A DNA stretch of 64,000 nt from an uncultured Acidobacteriota bacterium. GTDB lineage: Bacteria; Acidobacteriota; Thermoanaerobaculia; Multivoradales; UBA5704. Shown piece after piece: positions 58,757 through 64,000 of this stretch. The stretch covers positions 1,856,001-1,920,000 of the forward strand of contig OY969474.1 in assembly GCA_963700145.1 (NCBI GenBank), given 5' to 3'. The notes beneath the pieces are model-generated. The model did no database searches, had not been told where the DNA came from, and worked only from the letters and a program-made list of their open reading frames with translations. Within the stretch, counting starts at the first letter, position 1. The number at the start of each line of letters is the position of its first letter. The position numbers and the translations under genes were made by a program.

Positions 58757-61700
58757 CTACAGGCCCGCGAGAGCGCGCCTGATCAGCTCCTCCACCTGAT
58801 CGACGACGGCGGTGATGCCGTTGGTGACCTTCGACGCGAAGGGGATGTGGATGTGGCCGGTCAGCGTCAGGCTGTGGCGCGTCTCGCGCTCTCGCGCGAC
58901 GCGGTAGAAGACCTCGTTGGAGAGAAAGTCTCCGCCGGATCCTTTCACTGCCTCGGCCGTTGGCGTCGCGGCAGGATTCTTCTTGTTGTCGTTGACGTCT
59001 CCCTCGCGCGGGTGAAACTGGGAGGCAGTGGTCAAGGTTCGATAGGACTGGTCGAAAAACACCTTTTGAGAGTGGTCGGGCGGGGAGAGGAAAGGGCCGA
59101 GAACCATCTTTTCGACCGGCAGCGTCGACTCGTAGAAAGGAGCCCACGTCAAGTCGGAGTCGCCGATTTGTTGCGGGATGAGCCGGCGCTCGTTGGCGTT
59201 ATCCCGAGTCGACCATCCCCGCTGTCGTCCCGCCAGGCGTTCCACGTCGTACCCTTCGACAGGGATCTGAGAGTCCAGGCTGACGGTCACGATCATCGCC
59301 GCACACGTCGGGTCGGGCGTCTGTCCCATCAGCCATTTGCCAGCGAGCTTCTCCACCGCGCCGGCGTCGAAGTCGGCGTAGCGCACCGGGAACACGGCCG
59401 ACTCGACATACGCTGTCTTTCCCGATCCGGCGATCGTTGTCCCGTGGAGCGCCAGGGCGACGGCTCCTGAGGGATTTAGCCGGTACTCGAGACCCTCCGG
59501 AACGTAGGGATCGAAGCCGGTCACCAGGACCCGCAGCGAGTCTGCAGGGGCATTGGCAAAGTCGAGGTCGTAGCCGCGCGACCGCTCTTCGAGCGAGACC
59601 AGCAGCGGCGTGGGGTCTTGGGCGGGTTCTTCGGAGAGCGAGCGGCAGAACTCGTGGCTCTTCAGGGCCACCGCCATCCGCAGGCGGGCGTAGTAGAGCG
59701 ATCGCGCCGCTTCGTCCGCGGCGGCGCGGTCATCGTTCGCCAGCCACCGCGCGCGCTTCAAGATCTTGCTCGCCGCCGTGTCGACCAGCGCCTGCAGCGA
59801 CGACTTGGCGTTGGCGTCGGAGGCGGCGACGAGGTTGATGGCGCCGACGAAGCCGTCGACGAGCGCGCGCAGGCTGGGGATGCCGTTGGGGTTGGCCGGC
59901 CGGTAGTCGCGGTCGATGAAGAAGTCCTCGACCGTCCGCGCGATGGTGAAAACGCTCCCCCACGGTGCGTCGGTCAGTAGCACCGGCGAGCCGCTCAGCA
60001 CGATGACCGTATCGGTCCCGTTGAACGTCACCGAGGCCGCCGTATATGGCCCGTCATTGTTTTCCGATCCCGAGATCTCCAGGCTGTTGCCGGCCACGAG
60101 CTCGGAGCGCCAATCGTCGGCGGCGATGGTGATCGAGGAGGTCGCCACGTCGACCGCGTCGATGCGCCGCTGCCGGACCGGCCAGGGATCCGCACCCCGC
60201 GCTTCCTCCCAGTTGCGCCCGTATGGCCCGGGCGGCGGCTCGGCGGCGGCGAAACCGGGCGAGGCGAAGACGCGGCCGTCGACCGAATAGACGTGGATGT
60301 CGGCGGAGGGGAACTCCGACGCAGGCGTGCCGTCGGTGGCCAGACCGCGCACGCCGAGGCGGTAACGGTCGGCGCTGGCACCGCCATTGGTCACGGTGGT
60401 CTTGCCGTCGAGGATCAGGGTGCGGTCGTAGTCCGTCGTCATCGTCGTCGCGCCGAGGCCGCGCAGCGTGGTCAGCTCCGCATCGGTCACGCCGACGAGC
60501 ATCGCGCCGGTCGGCGGGTAACCCTCCTCCGCACTCTGCCGGAGGCTCAGCGTGCGCACCGGCGCATTCGCATCGACCACCACTCCTTGGTCCAGTCCGT
60601 AGAGGCCGAAGAGGCCGCGCTCCTGGAAGAAGCTCGCTGCCGAGCTCACGCCGTCGGGCACACCGCGCACGGGGACGAATTCGGGATCCTCGAAGTCGGG
60701 AGCGGTCGCCATCGCGTACAGCAGCGATCGTGGTGTGGGACCGCTCTGCTGGGCGATGCCGGTGCGCATCATCTGCCGCCAACCCTGAGTGCCCTCGGCA
60801 TCGACGTAGTGGCTCGGCTGCACCGTCGCCCACTTGATGACCGGGTCGCTGACCGCGACCGGCGTCGCCCAGCCATCGGTACGGTCGATCGGGCCGAAGA
60901 TGTTGTCGGTGTAGGTCGCGGTGGGAACGACGCCGGGTTTGGGCGGCGGCGGCGTGGCTGGCGGAAGCACTTCGCGACGGCCGTAGTAGAGCCTCAGCGG
61001 CCAGGCAACGTTGACCTTCGTGGTGGAGAGATTCGGGAAGCGAAGGCCGACCGGCGCCGTCCACGGAGCGGTTCCCAGCTCGTCGCCGCGCAGGAACGGC
61101 CCGCCCGCGGCCGCGGCGAGCAATGGACCGTGCTCGACAAAGAGAACCGGATCGACGTTGTCGTCGCGCCGCAGGCTGACGTGAAGCTCGTTGTGGTCGG
61201 CGTTGGGATCGGCGGCGGCAACGGAGTCGAGGAGCACGATGGGCCAGCCGTCGGTGGCGTAGGCCTGTGCGGTCACTGATGCCGCTGAGGTGCCGGTCTG
61301 GATCTGATGGCCCGATCCGTCGTCGTAGTTGCGGTGGAAGTTGAGCGACCGTCCGTGCTCGCTGCGGACGTCGAGATAGAGACGATGCTGCGTTGCAAAG
61401 TGCGAGACGACGGTGTTGAAGATCTCCTCGCCGTCGAGTGAAGGCCCGCCCGGGACCTCCACCCGGCCACCCTCGTGCAGGTGGAGGCCGTAGAAGGCAG
61501 CGGGATCTAGGAACGCCAGGATCTCGTCCTTCTTCAGCCGCCGCGCCAGATCGTCCGTTTGCATGGCGCCGATGTCGATCACATTGGCGGCACGCCGCGC
61601 ATACCCGAGGTCGGGGAAGTAAGCATTGTCTTCGAGCACGATCTCGAAGCCGAAATCGAAGGCGCCACCGGCGGCGTGGAAGAGGCCGAGCGGAGTGCCC

Positions 61701-64000
61701 TTCGTGACATAGGGAAGCTGCTTCTCGGTGTCGAGCCGGAAGAAGAGGTTCTGCAGCGTGTCGCCGTCGGCCGCGGCTGGGTCGTAGCCGAGAAAGGTCG
61801 ACGAGATCGTCGTCGCCGACGGATTGAGGTCCTTGAAAGCGGTCCACAGGGCGGCGATGAACGCCGAAGCCCCCGCCTCGTCGCGAACGCGCTTTTCGTC
61901 ATTCGTGGAAGAGCCGCCGAGGAATTCGTCAAGCCGCAGCCCGCGATAGATGAAATACCGCACCGGAGGAAAGCCGGCGACCGGCTGGGTGAGAGGCCGC
62001 AGGATGAGGTTCACCGCGACGTTGCTGCCGGCCTGCCGCTGCACCGCCACCACGCCGTCGGTGACGGCGTAGGCCTGCGTATCGTTCGGCGCGTGGAAGA
62101 GAGCCGTGGTTCGGTATTTGGTGGCCGGAGTCCCGTCGACGGGTCCGAAGCCCTGACTCACTGACTGCGTGAGCGAGGCAACGTCGGCAAAGACGAACGA
62201 CGCCGGCTTCGGCTGCGCCGCGGCGGCCGCCTGTCGCGCGCCGCCCGGCTGCGGGGCGACGCTGTAGATGGCGACGGTGTGAGCTTCCGAGGCGACTGGG
62301 AACTCGCGAAATGCGCTGAGGATCTCCGGCTCGAAGATGAGATCGGTGAAGGTCCGGTCGACGGTGAAGTCGAGGTCGAAATGGATGTCGAACTGCTCGC
62401 CGGTGGCCGGGACCTCGGTGCCATCAGGCCGCCGCGCTTCCACCGGCGGCTTGACCGTCGCCCACGGCGTGGCGATGTCCCAACCCCACCCGTTCGCATA
62501 GCGGAAATAGCGGATCTCGTCCGCGCCGGCCCGCTTCTTCGCCGTCACCTTCACCCGCACACGTTCCGTCTCGAAGGTGCCGGCCGTCATTCGCACTTCG
62601 ACGCGGATCGACTTCGTCTTCGCCGTGCCGACTTCGTCGACGTCGAGGTGCCCTTCGGCGGGATCCGCGCCGCCGTTCCTGGTGAAACGGAACTTCGCGA
62701 ACACCAGCTCGCGGAAGGAGATGTTGTTGTTGGTATCCGCAGTCGTGCCCTGGAGAGCTCCGTCGTGGGGCACGACCTCGCCGAGGGCGAAGAGGCGCAT
62801 GGAGCGCGCCGGCTTCGGGAGGTTGGGGCTGTTCGTCGGCGGACGCAGCGCCTCGGGCCACGTGGCGGTGAAGATCTTCGTGCTGTTGTCGGGGTCCGTG
62901 GCGGGTGCCAGCGACGGCACTTCCTCCTCCTTCAGCCGGCGCGTTCCCGCTTCACCGGTGGCGGGATCGAACGCTCCGGGGTTCACCTCGTCGACATCCC
63001 AGTAGTGGTCGAGGTTCAGAAAGCCGGCGGGCATGGGGCGGGCGGCGATTTCCCAGCGGTCGCCCTCCGTGTGCCCGCCGGCCGAGGCGAACACCACGGA
63101 CACGCCGAAGTCGAGCAACTGCGGCGCCCCCGCGGTGATCGCCACGGACGGCGCTTTCGGCGTGCCGTTGAGGAACCATCGGAAGTGGGCGCCGGAGGCC
63201 AGGATCTCGACCGTGTAGCGCGCTCGATCGGCGCCGTTGTAGGTGCCGCGGACCTGGAGATCGTTCACGCCATGGCCGTAGAAGCGGCAGACCGGCGAGC
63301 CGTCGCTCGCGCACAGCAGCACCCGCGCTTGGGTGACCGGCAACGCGCCGGCAAGCGCGGAACGCGCAAACGTTTCCTTCGCGCCGCGGTTGTGGACGCG
63401 CAGGTGGAAATGGCGTTCCGTCAGTGCCCTCGCCTTGACGAGCCAGCGGTCGCCCACCGTGTGTCCGGCGCTGACCGCGAACCGGATGCTCACGCCGTCG
63501 CTGAGCGGTTGCGCCGCGCCCGTGATGGCAACGCCCGTCGCGCCGGCAACGCCGTCGCGGCTCCACTTGAAGGTGTCCGGCGCCTTGGTCTCGATCTCGA
63601 TCGTGAAGGTGATTTCCGCCGCGCTGGTGCAGACACCGGAGACTTCCAGATCGTTCTTGCCGGCACCGACGAAGATCGCCGGATCGACGGTGACCCGGGG
63701 ATGCTGATGGTTGCCGGGATCATCGTAGGTGAGGAGCACGGTGGGAGCGTCGTTGCGGATCCAGATGTCGGGACTCTCGACGTCCTTCGTGCCGCGATTG
63801 GACGATCCGTCGTCCTCGAGAAAATTACGGATCATCAGGTCGCGGTCGTGCTGGTAGCTCTTCGCCGCTTTCACCGCCTCGAGCGCGTCGATCCGCCCGT
63901 AGCCGTAGCCGTAGCTGTACGTGGCGACGAGCCCCACACTCACCGGCTCCCCCATCTCGTGAAGATGGAGAAGAGGATCGATCTCGACTTTCGTCCCGGC
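58757..64000 (-). CDS. Giant multidomain protein (5' part outside the window): S8-peptidase-like tail, repeated beta domains, C-terminal pyroglutamyl-peptidase (C15)-like domain
   Basis: The frame is open to the window edge. YGYGRIDALEAV followed by DLMIR...ESPDIWIRN; C-terminal VLVTGFDPY, NPSG..ALALHG, FPVRY.DFD, GGDFLSNEVFYR, GHIHIP. Confidence 0.8.
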   Translation of the reverse strand, partial: AGTKVEIDPLLHLHEMGEPVSVGLVATYSYGYGYGRIDALEAVKAAKSYQHDRDLMIRNFLEDDGSSNRGTKDVESPDIWIRNDAPTVLLTYDDPGNHQHPRVTVDPAIFVGAGKNDLEVSGVCTSAAEITFTIEIETKAPDTFKWSRDGVAGATGVAITGAAQPLSDGVSIRFAVSAGHTVGDRWLVKARALTERHFHLRVHNRGAKETFARSALAGALPVTQARVLLCASDGSPVCRFYGHGVNDLQVRGTYNGADRARYTVEILASGAHFRWFLNGTPKAPSVAITAGAPQLLDFGVSVVFASAGGHTEGDRWEIAARPMPAGFLNLDHYWDVDEVNPGAFDPATGEAGTRRLKEEEVPSLAPATDPDNSTKIFTATWPEALRPPTNSPNLPKPARSMRLFALGEVVPHDGALQGTTADTNNNISFRELVFAKFRFTRNGGADPAEGHLDVDEVGTAKTKSIRVEVRMTAGTFETERVRVKVTAKKRAGADEIRYFRYANGWGWDIATPWATVKPPVEARRPDGTEVPATGEQFDIHFDLDFTVDRTFTDLIFEPEILSAFREFPVASEAHTVAIYSVAPQPGGARQAAAAAQPKPASFVFADVASLTQSVSQGFGPVDGTPATKYRTTALFHAPNDTQAYAVTDGVVAVQRQAGSNVAVNLILRPLTQPVAGFPPVRYFIYRGLRLDEFLGGSSTNDEKRVRDEAGASAFIAALWTAFKDLNPSATTISSTFLGYDPAAADGDTLQNLFFRLDTEKQLPYVTKGTPLGLFHAAGGAFDFGFEIVLEDNAYFPDLGYARRAANVIDIGAMQTDDLARRLKKDEILAFLDPAAFYGLHLHEGGRVEVPGGPSLDGEEIFNTVVSHFATQHRLYLDVRSEHGRSLNFHRNYDDGSGHQIQTGTSAASVTAQAYATDGWPIVLLDSVAAADPNADHNELHVSLRRDDNVDPVLFVEHGPLLAAAAGGPFLRGDELGTAPWTAPVGLRFPNLSTTKVNVAWPLRLYYGRREVLPPATPPPPKPGVVPTATYTDNIFGPIDRTDGWATPVAVSDPVIKWATVQPSHYVDAEGTQGWRQMMRTGIAQQSGPTPRSLLYAMATAPDFEDPEFVPVRGVPDGVSSAASFFQERGLFGLYGLDQGVVVDANAPVRTLSLRQSAEEGYPPTGAMLVGVTDAELTTLRGLGATTMTTDYDRTLILDGKTTVTNGGASADRYRLGVRGLATDGTPASEFPSADIHVYSVDGRVFASPGFAAAEPPPGPYGRNWEEARGADPWPVRQRRIDAVDVATSSITIAADDWRSELVAGNSLEISGSENNDGPYTAASVTFNGTDTVIVLSGSPVLLTDAPWGSVFTIARTVEDFFIDRDYRPANPNGIPSLRALVDGFVGAINLVAASDANAKSSLQALVDTAASKILKRARWLANDDRAAADEAARSLYYARLRMAVALKSHEFCRSLSEEPAQDPTPLLVSLEERSRGYDLDFANAPADSLRVLVTGFDPYVPEGLEYRLNPSGAVALALHGTTIAGSGKTAYVESAVFPVRYADFDAGAVEKLAGKWLMGQTPDPTCAAMIVTVSLDSQIPVEGYDVERLAGRQRGWSTRDNANERRLIPQQIGDSDLTWAPFYESTLPVEKMVLGPFLSPPDHSQKVFFDQSYRTLTTASQFHPREGDVNDNKKNPAATPTAEAVKGSGGDFLSNEVFYRVARERETRHSLTLTGHIHIPFASKVTNGITAVVDQVEELIRRALAGL

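Noticed and set aside
46465-64000. Calling the giant genes NRPS/PKS, Rhs or Tc toxin
   Set aside because: No A/C/KS/ACP motifs, YD repeats, Rhs core or SpvB/TcdB signatures were recognised.

Overview
Very GC-rich bacterial DNA. Gene content suggests Acidobacteriota, class Thermoanaerobaculia (inference, not tested). About 1-42 kb is core-like chromosome: a PilZ/TIGR02266-type protein, a zinc-finger/TPR protein preceded by a small secreted peptide ending in GDPNG, rocD, an orphan solute-binding protein coupled to a hybrid histidine kinase, glk/pgi, osmC, a bactofilin, a DUF5916-like OM protein with an MFS transporter, a NUDIX-MBL fusion, M1 and M20 peptidases, mscL, an ECF sigma factor, and a complete 7-gene chemosensory operon with a diguanylate cyclase output whose two receptors carry C-terminal Cache-like domains. 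From about 42.1 kb the sequence is an accessory, island-like region that looks less GC-rich. It holds a chimeric pseudogene, toxin-antitoxin modules, two tRNA-3'-end-like att remnants, a plasmid-type repA and a 17.5-kb operon of three giant minus-strand genes (>1747, about 2167 after repairing a 1-nt frameshift, and 1926 aa). The best candidates for undescribed systems are (i) the giant three-gene operon and (ii) the GDPNG-peptide plus ZAS-TPR cassette, which resembles a peptide-signalling module. No intact tRNA, rRNA or CRISPR array was seen. All family calls come from motif recognition by eye; no database searches were run.
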